Origin: Smithellaceae bacterium
GTDB lineage: Bacteria; Desulfobacterota; Syntrophia; Syntrophales; Smithellaceae
Direction of reading: 5' to 3'
Length of the DNA stretch: 64,000 bases
NCBI GenBank assembly: GCA_963667845.2
Contig: CAXXVL010000002.1
Location: 2,368,001-2,432,000, forward strand
Part shown: positions 40,501-49,560 of the stretch, piece after piece
Numbering within the stretch: the first letter of the stretch is position 1
How the letters are laid out: each line of letters opens with the position of its first letter
Program-made: the position numbers and the translations under genes
The notes under the pieces: model-generated
What the model was told of the DNA's origin: nothing
Databases searched by the model: none
The model's input: the letters and a program-made list of their open reading frames with translations, nothing else

Positions 40501-40639
40501 TGCCGGCGATCCAAAGACCGAAGCCGGGATATGTCTTCCGCGTCAGCAAGATCAGGAGCATGGCTAAGCATAATAAGACGGAGGCCACCATCGAGATGAT
40601 CATCAGCGAGTGGATATCGATGAAAGAAGAAGACATCAT
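37535..40639 (-). CDS. Hybrid sensor histidine kinase (multi-TM, 3 PAS, HisKA, HATPase, REC)
   Basis: About 7 TM N-terminus, PAS/PAC repeats, MSHEIRTPMN, NLVGNAFKFT, DTGIGI, GTGLGL, C-terminal REC (ED, MDVQMP, KP). Confidence 0.93.
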   Translation of the reverse strand: MMSSSFIDIHSLMIISMVASVLLCLAMLLILLTRKTYPGFGLWIAGNLAFTSAFFFFGLRGTIPEFVSILLTNLLIAGAAVLYHEGTQRFRRLRSHKIIGAVFIALMAVTILCFRFADNLVIPRIVITSLLLAVAFGSVAWSLFHDLPSARRPTYWLAGSFFAFYGLFMVARAVFVASMPDQHEVFNLNFIQTLAFLIPIFLSIPWTLCFFILNSERLELELKEEIIEHRAIQGALRKSEEQVRLLLNSTAEAIYGIDLSGNCTFANPSCLSMLGYAEAGQVLGKNMHRLIHHSHANGNPLPVEECKIHTAFREGRGVHVDDEVLWKADGTSFPVEYWSHPQIVSGEVYGAVVTFVDITERRRIEESLRNMSQATEASPASVVITDPAGNITYVNPKFTEITGYTYDQVVGQNPRILKSGETHPENYQQLWQTITSGKTWKGEFHNKKKSGDLFWENASISPLTDKRGKIINFIAVKEDITERKQAEEELKRQMSLIHSLLDSIPDRIFFKDIHGVYLGCNPPFCEFVGRSREEIIGKTDYDLFDKDVADSFREHDRKMLALRQSRQNEEWITYPDGVKKLFDTLKTPYLGPDGMLIGVLGISRDITDRKRAEEELQQMNTALAQQTFFAKEMAAQAEIANAAKSDFLASMSHEIRTPMNAIIGMADLLWDTSLTAEQRRYVHIFRYAGEKLLNLINNILDLSKIEAGQSSLQTIPFSLYDLLKGIVDMMSVKAEEKKIAFSWTIAPGIDDKFSGDPDKLRQILVNLVGNAFKFTNAGSVHIAVEKTVSKISAGYDQSSDTVCLTFAIRDTGIGIPPQMLETVFNKFSQVDSSLSRKFEGTGLGLAICQQLVLQMNGTIWVESTEGSGSTFYFTVNLERYSRMPLPGAEEEQTPEKTAAESGTERPLHILLVEDNEDNRLLILAYLKKLPHTVDIAENGQEAVAKIREGAVFDLIFMDVQMPVMDGYTATRHIRNWEKQNDRKPVVVIALTAHALQKDEQKSIDAGCDGHLAKPIRKQEFLAALQNYRNKILSA

Positions 40640-41073
40640 AGCCTATTCTCCGGTTTAAGGGTGATTGCATACGCAATGGGGAACATTACAGGATGTCCCC
40701 ATCAGCAGACAAACACTTATTTCCGCGATCCATACCGTGCACTTACCCGTGCATCGAAAAAAGAAAATTTTGATTCCGTTGCCGGTCGATAGCAGATTAT
40801 ATCGTCCCTAAGCTGTTCCACGCGACACCGATGAATGGTCGTTTCCGGTGGAGCAGCAAAGAGCGCTGCGATCGGCTTTAGCGTCCTATTAAAAATGTTT
40901 TGAATAACGCCGGCCTTTCCATCCCGTTTTCAGGGTATATCATAAAACCTTCAGACAATTAAGGCTTCAATCGTTCGAAGCAAACGACGGAATCCGTGCT
41001 TCGCTCTCGGCTTTCAAAGAGCAAGATACATCTCGCTGATCTCGAAAACCGGATGAAGAGACCCCGTTGGTCC

Positions 41074-43470
41074 TTACGGCACACGGACCGTGATCAAATG
41101 CGGGTTGGCACTCTGGAAGTCCTCAACCACTTTGCTGCCGGAAACAAAACTCCACGATACGCTGCCGTTTGCCGCGGTAGTTAATTTGATGATGCCCTGG
41201 GCCGCAGGCGCAGCAGGAACATGGCCCGGCGGGAAAGAACCCTTGTAGGTTGTGCTGGTATATAATTTGATCGTGGCGTCGACCGATTTTCCCGGAGCGG
41301 GTGCAAAAAAACTGAGCGGCGTGCTGGCCCCGGAAATCCCCAGGACGGCCGCTCCTGTTCCATCCGTATCGATGGTCGCAAACATGAAGGGGTTGGTCGC
41401 ACTGATCGGTTTTCCCGTATCCATTTTTGTGGTGATAAAGAAGAAATTTCTGGCCGGATTGGCGATCGACGGCCGAGCGCTCAATTTCATCAGGGGCTTC
41501 CCGTCGAGTGCGATCGTGCCGTCGGTGTTGGCGTCGAAGGTCACGGCGAGAGGACTTTTGGAATCCCTGAGCGTGCCGCTTAAAATATCAAAATCGATCT
41601 TGTTGTCATGAACCTTGAAGGTAATGTCGTCCTTCGTATAGTCCTGTGCATACAGGATGCCGAAGTACTGCGCAATCTTCTGGCGGAAGTTGTCAGCCGT
41701 CCACGACCCGTCCGCCAGGTCGAAGATCCACTTCTCGGCCGATGCGAAGTCAAAATGCGTGTTTTGCGTTCCGTTATTGCTTTCATCTGTGAGCGGGTAG
41801 TACTGCACACTCCGGAAGTAAGCATCGGCGCCCGTCCAGTCGGCGCCCGGCGGGTAGCCGGACCAGCCGTCGCCCGCTTTCTGGCTCTCCGGCAGGTTGG
41901 CGTTGGTGTGGCAGGTTTGCCCGGCCGGACAATTCGGCTGATCCTTGAAGTCGAGCTTGTAGGGTACGTTTTTCGCCGCCTTGAAGGCAACGTAGTTCGC
42001 AAGATTGATCGAGACCTTGCCCAGGGCGTCGGTAAGCGACGTATCGGCCCAGGTGATGTTTCCCTGTGCGGCCTGCGTGCCTGAAGCCTTGATGGAAGGG
42101 TATTGATCCGGCGTAAAAACGGCCACGGGCGTGGAGCCCGCAATGTCCTTGCCGTCGTTTCCAGCATTGACGTAAAAGGCCACCCGCGTCTTTGTCCAGA
42201 CAATCGTATAGGTGCTGAGCGCCGTATAGGGGCTGTAGACCATACCGGGAAGCCAGGGATTGGGGAAGATGTAACTTTCGTTATTCAGCACGGCCGCTTC
42301 CCTGGACGGGACGCCCTCAATGCCTTTGATGATGTCGTTCCGGATGATGTATTTAAAGGTCTGCGTATCATGGCCGGGCAAATTCACGTCAATTGTTTGA
42401 TTCCCCTCGGGCGACCGCCACCAGTTAACCGTCAACATCTGCTTCATATTATATCCAGCCGGAACGGGACTGACAGCCGTCATGGGATATTTCCAGTTCA
42501 GCGCAAAGGTCCATCCCGGCTCCTTCCCCGCGGGCGTGCCGATCCATCCCGTCTGGTGGGAGTCACCGGTGGTCCTCTTGAGCCCTTCAAAGTTGAAATC
42601 CGTCTCAGCCAGATAGTATTTCGCAAGATCCGGATTGGTTCCGATCATCCAGCGGTTGTAAAAGTGCTGCATGTCGGCGGCGATGGTGTCGTCCGTCAGG
42701 TACCAGTTTTCGGTCCAGGTGATGGACTTGGGCGTCAGGTTCTGCGTCTCGAAGCTTTCCCAGTTGGCGATCTTCGCACCGTAATGCTTGACTGAAGGAT
42801 TCGGGAAACTCCCGGACATCGACTTGAATGAATTCTGCGTGGCCTGTGTGTAGGGCACGAATTCGAAATCAAATTCATTCCAGCGCCACAGCTGCCGGAT
42901 TTCCGGCATCGCTCCCGGCGCGGGTGCGTCGGAATACAGCCAGAAGGTAGAGCAGACCGGACCGTCGGCCGCCTGCATTTTAACGATGAACATGCCGTAG
43001 CCGAATTTCTTGAGGGATTTCAACTGGGCGGACAAGTAGTCACCGTAGCGGGCGAATTGGGCCCAGTCGGCGGTGGGGTCCAGACCCAAAGGAGTCAGAG
43101 CACCCGTATTGGCGCAGGTATTGAAGCTCTTCTCCGATTCATTGCCGGCCAGATCCAGTGCCGTGATTTTGAAGCAGTGCGTCGCCCTGGGTGTCAATCC
43201 CGACATCATTATTGAATTCGTGAAAGCTGTCGCCTGGAGAATGTCGTCCTTATAAATCCGGTATCCGACAACAGCCACATTATCGGTGGACGGCTTCCAG
43301 GACAGGGCAACCTGACTCGTCGAGCTGACGACGGCCCTCACCGAAGCCGGGATTGTGGGAGATTCAAGATCAAGAGGACTGCTGGAGCCGGAACAGCCAA
43401 GCAGCAGCAAAGTCAGAGACAAAAAAACAATAGCGGCGGCAGACAAGAGTATTTTCTTCATAAAACGCAC
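41074..43470 (-). CDS. Lipoprotein with fibronectin type III domain and GH16-like domain
   Basis: Lipobox LLGC; FN3 (LSWKPSTDNVAVVGY...A.DLAGNES); YGMFIVKMQAA..STFWLY..WNEFDFEF and YTIVWT...FYVN resemble GH16. Confidence 0.7.
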   Translation of the reverse strand: MRFMKKILLSAAAIVFLSLTLLLLGCSGSSSPLDLESPTIPASVRAVVSSTSQVALSWKPSTDNVAVVGYRIYKDDILQATAFTNSIMMSGLTPRATHCFKITALDLAGNESEKSFNTCANTGALTPLGLDPTADWAQFARYGDYLSAQLKSLKKFGYGMFIVKMQAADGPVCSTFWLYSDAPAPGAMPEIRQLWRWNEFDFEFVPYTQATQNSFKSMSGSFPNPSVKHYGAKIANWESFETQNLTPKSITWTENWYLTDDTIAADMQHFYNRWMIGTNPDLAKYYLAETDFNFEGLKRTTGDSHQTGWIGTPAGKEPGWTFALNWKYPMTAVSPVPAGYNMKQMLTVNWWRSPEGNQTIDVNLPGHDTQTFKYIIRNDIIKGIEGVPSREAAVLNNESYIFPNPWLPGMVYSPYTALSTYTIVWTKTRVAFYVNAGNDGKDIAGSTPVAVFTPDQYPSIKASGTQAAQGNITWADTSLTDALGKVSINLANYVAFKAAKNVPYKLDFKDQPNCPAGQTCHTNANLPESQKAGDGWSGYPPGADWTGADAYFRSVQYYPLTDESNNGTQNTHFDFASAEKWIFDLADGSWTADNFRQKIAQYFGILYAQDYTKDDITFKVHDNKIDFDILSGTLRDSKSPLAVTFDANTDGTIALDGKPLMKLSARPSIANPARNFFFITTKMDTGKPISATNPFMFATIDTDGTGAAVLGISGASTPLSFFAPAPGKSVDATIKLYTSTTYKGSFPPGHVPAAPAAQGIIKLTTAANGSVSWSFVSGSKVVEDFQSANPHLITVRVP

Positions 43471-43617
43471 GTGACCTTTCAGAACAAGTGGAATTGTTTT
43501 TGTGAAATTGCCGAGTTGATCGGACAGGAGTCCGGGTGAACGAAATGAACATCAGCCATACCGTCGATGTTTTTTTAAGCCGCCAACTGAAGGGCGATTG
43601 GCGGCCATGACGTTACA

Positions 43618-43646
43618 AGTATAGAGGACCACTGAAACAAAGTCAA
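43618..43646 (-). promoter_or_regulatory. Sigma-70 promoter for the lipoprotein gene
   Basis: Minus strand TTGACT-N17-TATACT. Confidence 0.7.
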
Positions 43647-43670
43647 TTCCAAACCTCGGCCGGCGGTTAT

Positions 43671-43699
43671 TTGACATTCGGTCGCTTTTCTCCTATATT
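43671..43699 (+). promoter_or_regulatory. Sigma-70 promoter for the AsmA-like gene
   Basis: TTGACA-N17-TATATT. Confidence 0.75.
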
Positions 43700-43780
43700 T
43701 AATCAGGCTTGCCGTAAAAAAACCCGGCGGATTTCTTTTTTCAAGCCAATTTAAGACATAAAGGAAAGGCGGTAAGGGTT

Positions 43781-45220
43781 ATGTTGAAAAAGCTGCTCAT
43801 TGCAGTCGGCGTCATTTTTGCGATCACTGCCGTTGTCCTGATCGCAGCCGGGGTTATCATTTACCTCAAGGTGGACAAGGCGTTCGTCTCCTCGCAAATA
43901 TCGAAGGCGCTGAACCGGCAGGTCTCCATCGAAAAAATCGATATCAGCATTTTCTCCGTTCTTTCGGGAATCGAAATGAAGAACGTTGTCGTCTCGAACT
44001 TCAAAACGCCCCCGGAACTTACGACCCTTCAGGGCAAGCCGGTTGCCCAGGGAGATGTTTTTGCCGGCATGGAGGCATTCCGCTTTAAAGTAAAAATATT
44101 GCCGCTCCTCAGGCAGAAGATCGAGCTCAAAGAACTGGTTTTATACAGCCCGGTCATCAACCTGTCCCGAAATAAGCAGGGTGTGATGAATATTGACGAC
44201 CTGATCAAGTCCAAAAAACCTGCGGATAAGGAAACGAAAGATGCGCCGCAGAAGGAGCCGGCCGGACCCATCTCCGCGGACGATATCCCCGTGGCGATTG
44301 CCGTGGGCGAGATCGGGATGAAAAACGGAACCATCAACTACTACGACGGTGAATACGATCAGAAAATTCAGATTTATAAACTTACGGTCCTGGCTTATGA
44401 CATCGCCGTCGATCCGAAAAATCTGGAAAAGAAAGATGAAATGAAAGTCAAGCTCGACATGGGCGTTCGAACGGTCGGAGCGCTGAAGTCCGGCAGCGTC
44501 GAGAACTTTGATGTCACGCTTAATGCCGCGGGGAGGGTGATACCGTTTGACGTAAAGACCCGGCTCCTGGAGCCGGAGGCGATCCTGCATGTTGCCGTTC
44601 CGGAAGGCGAGATCACCGGATTGCAGCTCTTCCAGGCTGTGGCCGCTGTTCCGATTCTGGGGGATTACCTCGGTGAACACCTGCAGTTTCTCAAAGGCAA
44701 ACAGCAGTGGAAAGGATCGAGTCAGAATAGTCTTGACCTGCATTACAGGCAGGCGATGGCGCAGATTACCAAAGGCAGACTGAATCTCAAAGATGCCGAC
44801 ATCCTCTTTGACGGCGGGATGAACATCGACACGAAAGCGATTGACATGAATCTGGAACTGGTGCTGGCTAAGGAATTGAACGAAGCCATACGGACGACGC
44901 TTAGCAAAAAGATCGAGTCCGCTGTCGGCGGTTCTGATGTGAAGAAATACGTGGATCCGGCAAGGCTTGCCGGCATTGCCATGACGCCGCTCCTCAACCG
45001 CGACGGCCGGATTGATTTAAAGGCAAAAGTCGTAGGCACCACGAAGAAGCCGGATGTAAAGATTACACAGCCGCCGCTCGGGTCGCTGAGCAGCCTGGTT
45101 CAGGACCAGACCGGCAGCCTGGCCGTTGAAGCCGGAAAGAGTGTCGCGAGACAGCTGCTTAAAGAAGAAGACCAGAAAAAGGTTCTCGAAGAGGTCGAGG
45201 GGCTGTTCAAGAAGAAATAA
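43781..45220 (+). CDS. AsmA family protein
   Basis: N-terminal TM anchor, ALNRQVSI, ILPLLRQKIEL..L.L.SPVINL.R...G.MNIDDL, C-terminal GTTKKP. Confidence 0.8.
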   Translation: MLKKLLIAVGVIFAITAVVLIAAGVIIYLKVDKAFVSSQISKALNRQVSIEKIDISIFSVLSGIEMKNVVVSNFKTPPELTTLQGKPVAQGDVFAGMEAFRFKVKILPLLRQKIELKELVLYSPVINLSRNKQGVMNIDDLIKSKKPADKETKDAPQKEPAGPISADDIPVAIAVGEIGMKNGTINYYDGEYDQKIQIYKLTVLAYDIAVDPKNLEKKDEMKVKLDMGVRTVGALKSGSVENFDVTLNAAGRVIPFDVKTRLLEPEAILHVAVPEGEITGLQLFQAVAAVPILGDYLGEHLQFLKGKQQWKGSSQNSLDLHYRQAMAQITKGRLNLKDADILFDGGMNIDTKAIDMNLELVLAKELNEAIRTTLSKKIESAVGGSDVKKYVDPARLAGIAMTPLLNRDGRIDLKAKVVGTTKKPDVKITQPPLGSLSSLVQDQTGSLAVEAGKSVARQLLKEEDQKKVLEEVEGLFKKK

Positions 45221-45340
45221 ATTCACAGCAAAGCCCGGACTCCCGCCGCCTGACCGGGGAAAGGAAGGGCCGGCTCCGGTTTTCCCGCCCGCGGCTTTGC
45301 CTGCTTGCGGGACCCCGATAACAAATGGAAGGAACTGGTG

Positions 45341-46111
45341 ATGAGCAAGTTAATTGATCTGTCTGTAGCAATAGAAAGCGGGCTTCCCAGCGACCCGCCG
45401 ATGATGATACCAAAAATCATGTACGTCGATCACGCCATGGGCGCTGCGAGCATGAAGACGTTTTTCCCGGGAGCGGGCGACGGCGATCTGCCGGGCGGAC
45501 TGGGATGGGCAGTCGAAATCCTGGAGGTTTCGACGCATGCCGGCACGCACATGGATGCCCCCTGGCATTTTCACCCAACACAGGATCAGGGCAAGCCGTC
45601 CATGACGATTGATCAGTTCCCGCTCGAGTGGGGGGTAGGAAACGGCGTAAAGCTCGATTTTTCCGGTTTTCCGGATGGGTACAACCTTAAGGCCCGGGAT
45701 GTAAAAGCAAAGCTCGGTGAGATCGGCCACACGCTGGCTCCGGGGGATGTTCTCCTGGCGCAAAGCGGAGCGGCGCCGTACTGGGGCATGCCCGAATATC
45801 TTCTGAAGGGCTGCGGATTCAGCCGGGAGGCGACGCTCTGGATCCTGGATCAGGGGGTGCACATTGTCGGAACGGACGGCTGGAGCTGGGACCGGCCGCT
45901 TCCTTTCCAGGCGGAAGAATTCGGCCGGACGAAGGATGCTTCGCTGATCTGGGAGGGGCATTTTGCCGGTATTGAAAAAGGTTATTTCCAGATTGAAAAA
46001 CTGACCAATCTCGATCAGCTCCCGGCAACGGGATTTAAATTCTATTGTTTTCCGGTGAAAATCAAGGCAGCCAGCGCCGGCTGGATCAGGGCCGTCGCCG
46101 AAATACCATAG
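45341..46111 (+). CDS. Cyclase family metal-dependent hydrolase (kynurenine formamidase-like)
   Basis: HAGTHMDAPWH, GTDGWSWD, IEKLTNL. Confidence 0.88.
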   Translation: MSKLIDLSVAIESGLPSDPPMMIPKIMYVDHAMGAASMKTFFPGAGDGDLPGGLGWAVEILEVSTHAGTHMDAPWHFHPTQDQGKPSMTIDQFPLEWGVGNGVKLDFSGFPDGYNLKARDVKAKLGEIGHTLAPGDVLLAQSGAAPYWGMPEYLLKGCGFSREATLWILDQGVHIVGTDGWSWDRPLPFQAEEFGRTKDASLIWEGHFAGIEKGYFQIEKLTNLDQLPATGFKFYCFPVKIKAASAGWIRAVAEIP

Positions 46112-46236
46112 CCCCGGGGTTTTGCCTGAATTGTTCCGGCCCGGCTTGACTTAAACGGCATCTGCCGATTCTCCGAAAGGGCGGCAATCACGACGGCCGG
46201 AACGAACACACGGGAACAAAGCGGATCAGATGAACT

Positions 46237-46767
46237 CTACAGTGTTCCATCAAGAACGTCGGCAATCTCTTTTTTGCAAGCCCGGCAGCGTTTCGCGCCT
46301 CTGAAGAGGGGCTTCCCGCAGGCAGGACAATGATAGCGCCGGAGCTCTTCTCGTGCCCATTCTTCACTGCCTTTCTCGTCACCGAGATCGGCCACTTTGG
46401 CACGCCATAAGGGGATTGTTCTTTTCATGACGCGCCGGCCGGTGGCCAGGCCGAAATTTTCGATCAGGCTGCAGGGCCACTCAGTGCATTGATGGCAGGA
46501 GTAGTAACCTTTTCCCCGGACGCAATTTCTGATCGTGCACATCGTGCAGTACCCGTAGAGCTTCTTCGGCGGATCGCTTTGCATGCAGCCGTAACATTCC
46601 GTGTCGCAGGCCTTCGTCTGATAGAGGTTGCCCATGACCTCCTTAAACTTTTCGTTCTTGTCTCTTGTCGCGATGTAGACTCCGCATGCTCCGCAATACA
46701 GGCCGCAGGGAGCCATCAGGGCCTTATCCTTTATTTCGTCTTCCGTCCAACCTTCCATAATGGTCAT
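46237..46767 (-). CDS. Cys-rich DUF3795-like protein with C-terminal zinc ribbon
   Basis: APCGLYCGAC, CYGC, C.IRNC, CHQCTEWPC, CPACG..CRAC. Confidence 0.75.
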   Translation of the reverse strand: MTIMEGWTEDEIKDKALMAPCGLYCGACGVYIATRDKNEKFKEVMGNLYQTKACDTECYGCMQSDPPKKLYGYCTMCTIRNCVRGKGYYSCHQCTEWPCSLIENFGLATGRRVMKRTIPLWRAKVADLGDEKGSEEWAREELRRYHCPACGKPLFRGAKRCRACKKEIADVLDGTL

Positions 46768-46924
46768 GCCTCATTCGGAGTTTGCCGAAAATTTAATTGT
46801 TTTCCCGATACCGACAAATAGTTCCATCAGTTTTTATCACGGACTAAGAACCGCTTCAATCCTTTTGCATAGCAAGGATGGGCAGGCAATAGAATATTGA
46901 AGAAAATCCGGGATAGAAAGAGGA

Positions 46925-47575
46925 TCAGTCATCCTCTATATTTTCCTGAATATACAGGCGGCCGTCATCCAGACCATAGGCCAGCAGATGGCCGTATCCT
47001 TCCTGGTGGTAGCAGCAGCCGTTGTCAATGTTGATTCTATTGGTCGTGAGACTCGTGATGATCTTATCGAGCTTCAGGGGGGTATGGCCGCAGACAACCC
47101 GTTTCTTTCCCGAATAGGTCTTTCCGCGCCCCCAGAGCATGGATTCTTCGCCCATTTCACCGAACGGATCCGTGAGCGAAAAGTCAAATTCTCCATGGAC
47201 AAGCAGGTAATCGTCGAGCTCAGCATACAGGGGGAGGGCGCTGAGGAAATCCAGATAGGGCCGGGGATCCGTGTCGCCGAAACTGTTCAATCTCGCCAGA
47301 ATGCCGTCTTCCATCCAATAATTATAGTGGAAAAAATTCCGCCGGTCCATACCGGCGCCGGCTGTTTTCAGCCAGAGATCTTCATGGTTGCCGCGAAGGG
47401 CCATCATACGGCAGTTCAGGTTCATCATCGTATCGAGGACGCCCTTGCTGTCGGGACCGCGATCGATATAATCCCCCAGAAAATAGAGCTGGTCTGTTTC
47501 CCTGATCTGCATCTTATCGAGCAAGCCGCGAAAGGTTTTGCAGCAGCCGTGGATATCGGCAATAGCGTAACGCAT
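46925..47575 (-). CDS. PPP-family metallophosphoesterase
   Basis: DIHG, GDYIDRG, GNHE, VHG, GHTP, IDNGC; start likely ATG 47575 or 47587. Confidence 0.88.
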   Translation of the reverse strand: MRYAIADIHGCCKTFRGLLDKMQIRETDQLYFLGDYIDRGPDSKGVLDTMMNLNCRMMALRGNHEDLWLKTAGAGMDRRNFFHYNYWMEDGILARLNSFGDTDPRPYLDFLSALPLYAELDDYLLVHGEFDFSLTDPFGEMGEESMLWGRGKTYSGKKRVVCGHTPLKLDKIITSLTTNRINIDNGCCYHQEGYGHLLAYGLDDGRLYIQENIEDD

Positions 47576-47772
47576 CTTTAACATCATCCCGGAAATTTCT
47601 GGCGTTTTCCATATCACATCTTGTGCCGTTTTGCATGCCCAACGACAATCGGGGAACCGCCGGGCCAGGGAAGGGCCGGGTGCTTTTTTTCGCTGACACA
47701 AAAACCAGTCCGCCGCAATTTATTCAATGATGGAGAATGCGCATGATGCGGTCATTTTCGCTTCTTGGCGAT

Positions 47773-48510
47773 TCAGCTGAAATAAAGGCCGCCGTCCACA
47801 TTGATCGTCTGTCCGCTCATATAGCCGTTTTCGGCCAGCATCAGCGCGACATCCGCCACTTCATCCACGGTGCCGAGCCGCCCTACGGGGATCAGGCCGG
47901 CTCTGGCCCGGGCGGCTTCGCTCACCATGTCCGTGATGATCAATGCCGGGGCAATGGCATTGACGGTGATGCCTTCCTTGACCAGGAGGGAAGCATAGGA
48001 ATGGGTCAGTCCCAGGATGCCCGCCTTGGAAGCGGCGTAATGGGGGCCGACGATGCCTCCCGTATGAGCGGCCACCGAGGAGATGTTGATGATTCTTCCC
48101 CACTGCTGGGCGCGCATTCCCGGAATCACCGCCTGCGTCACAAGAAAGCAGGATTTCAGATTGACGGCAATCGTCTCGTCCCACAGCTGTTCGTCAATCT
48201 CATCCAGACGCCTGGCCCTGGCCATCCCGGCATTGTTGACCAGGATTGATAGGGTCCCCAGGTGTTCCTGAACGGCGCTGACCATCCCTGAAACTGACGC
48301 TGCCGTGCTGACATCGGCCTGAACAGCAAAAGCCCGGCAGCCCTGGGCTTTGATGATCTCGCAAACCTCCCGGGCCTCTTTTTCATGCGATAGATAATTC
48401 ACGGCCACGTCCACCCCCGCCTTGGCAAGTCCTTCGGCGATGGCCCGGCCGATACCCCGGCCGCCGCCGGTGACAAGGGCAATCCGGCCCTTTATTTCGT
48501 TTGTCGGCAT
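47773..48510 (-). CDS. Short-chain dehydrogenase/reductase (FabG-like)
   Basis: TGGGRGIG, NNAG, YAASK; start overlaps upstream stop. Confidence 0.9.
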   Translation of the reverse strand: MPTNEIKGRIALVTGGGRGIGRAIAEGLAKAGVDVAVNYLSHEKEAREVCEIIKAQGCRAFAVQADVSTAASVSGMVSAVQEHLGTLSILVNNAGMARARRLDEIDEQLWDETIAVNLKSCFLVTQAVIPGMRAQQWGRIINISSVAAHTGGIVGPHYAASKAGILGLTHSYASLLVKEGITVNAIAPALIITDMVSEAARARAGLIPVGRLGTVDEVADVALMLAENGYMSGQTINVDGGLYFS

Positions 48511-49304
48511 CAATCACCTCCCTGGATCATATCGATGAACTCGGGCAACATCAGGATCTTGACCTGTTTGTCCTTCGGCATGTTGAAAACCGCCTGAAAG
48601 TAGCATCCGGTACAGATGTGAACCATGCAATCCGTTTTGACGTGACTGATCATGTGGGCGAGGCCTTCCGGCTTATAGCAGCAGGCGGGTGCGCTGATCC
48701 GATTCAGGGAAAGTCCCTCGATCTTCTGAAAAACTACATTCGTCGATTTCAGGTCCATGGGGACCTTGGCAAAATTCTGGTGGAGTTTGTAGCAGCCGGC
48801 GTAATAGTCGATTTCCTGCGGCCATTGCAGTTCGCCCGTCACTTCGGCCAGGGCCTGGGGATAAAAGACGATATCCTCCTCGGGAAAGGCATATTTGTAA
48901 ATGGGATAGCAGGGAGAGCAGAAGAGGATCAGTCTACGGCCCCCCAGTTTCTTCATCTGCTCGATATTCAATCCGGCAAATTCTTTTGAATAAGACCGGC
49001 ATTGGGCCATGGCCTCCTCGTCTTTGGCCTTGATCGCCGGGCGATAGAGGTAGTTTCCGCAGCAGTATTCTTTGGACAGAAAGGTAAAATCCATGCCGCC
49101 GCGTTCCAGTATGCGGGAAAACTTTTGGAGAACCTGCGGCATCAGCCGGAGATTCTGGCAGCCCATGATGACAACATTCCGGGCCGGCCGGTCATAAGGC
49201 AGACCCAGCGAATCCATGATTTCAACCCGGTTCGGCTGATCCTCAAGGGCATGGCCGGTGGCACGGATATGTTCAACCATCTTTTGGTCGATCAAGGTGT
49301 GCAT
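48510..49304 (-). CDS. CCG-domain (HdrB-like) Fe-S binding protein
   Basis: MGC, EYCCG, CSPC, YYAGC, ACC, CTGC; no ferredoxin motif. Confidence 0.7.
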   Translation of the reverse strand: MHTLIDQKMVEHIRATGHALEDQPNRVEIMDSLGLPYDRPARNVVIMGCQNLRLMPQVLQKFSRILERGGMDFTFLSKEYCCGNYLYRPAIKAKDEEAMAQCRSYSKEFAGLNIEQMKKLGGRRLILFCSPCYPIYKYAFPEEDIVFYPQALAEVTGELQWPQEIDYYAGCYKLHQNFAKVPMDLKSTNVVFQKIEGLSLNRISAPACCYKPEGLAHMISHVKTDCMVHICTGCYFQAVFNMPKDKQVKILMLPEFIDMIQGGD

Positions 49305-49382
49305 GATTCCTCCTCCGCAGAACGATGGCGCCGAAGGCCCGTCAATTGGATTTTCGAAGAGATATTGCTTCTATGAAGAGGA

Positions 49383-49411
49383 ACTATAAGGAGGTGAGCC
49401 GGGTGTGTCAA
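49383..49411 (-). promoter_or_regulatory. Sigma-70 promoter for the CCG-SDR operon
   Basis: Minus strand TTGACA-N17-TATAGT. Confidence 0.8.
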
Positions 49412-49473
49412 TCAAATATTGCCGCTCATTCTTTCTGACAACCCCCGGATAGTGCTTTTCCGTCATTAATTCA

Positions 49474-49502
49474 TTGACAGGCCAGTCCGTATTTTCTATA
49501 GT
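49474..49502 (+). promoter_or_regulatory. Sigma-70 promoter for the MFS gene
   Basis: TTGACA-N17-TATAGT. Confidence 0.8.
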
Positions 49503-49560
49503 CGCAGCCACAAAAGCCGGTCCGATCATATAGAAATCCTTCCATACCGTGTGGGTATTT

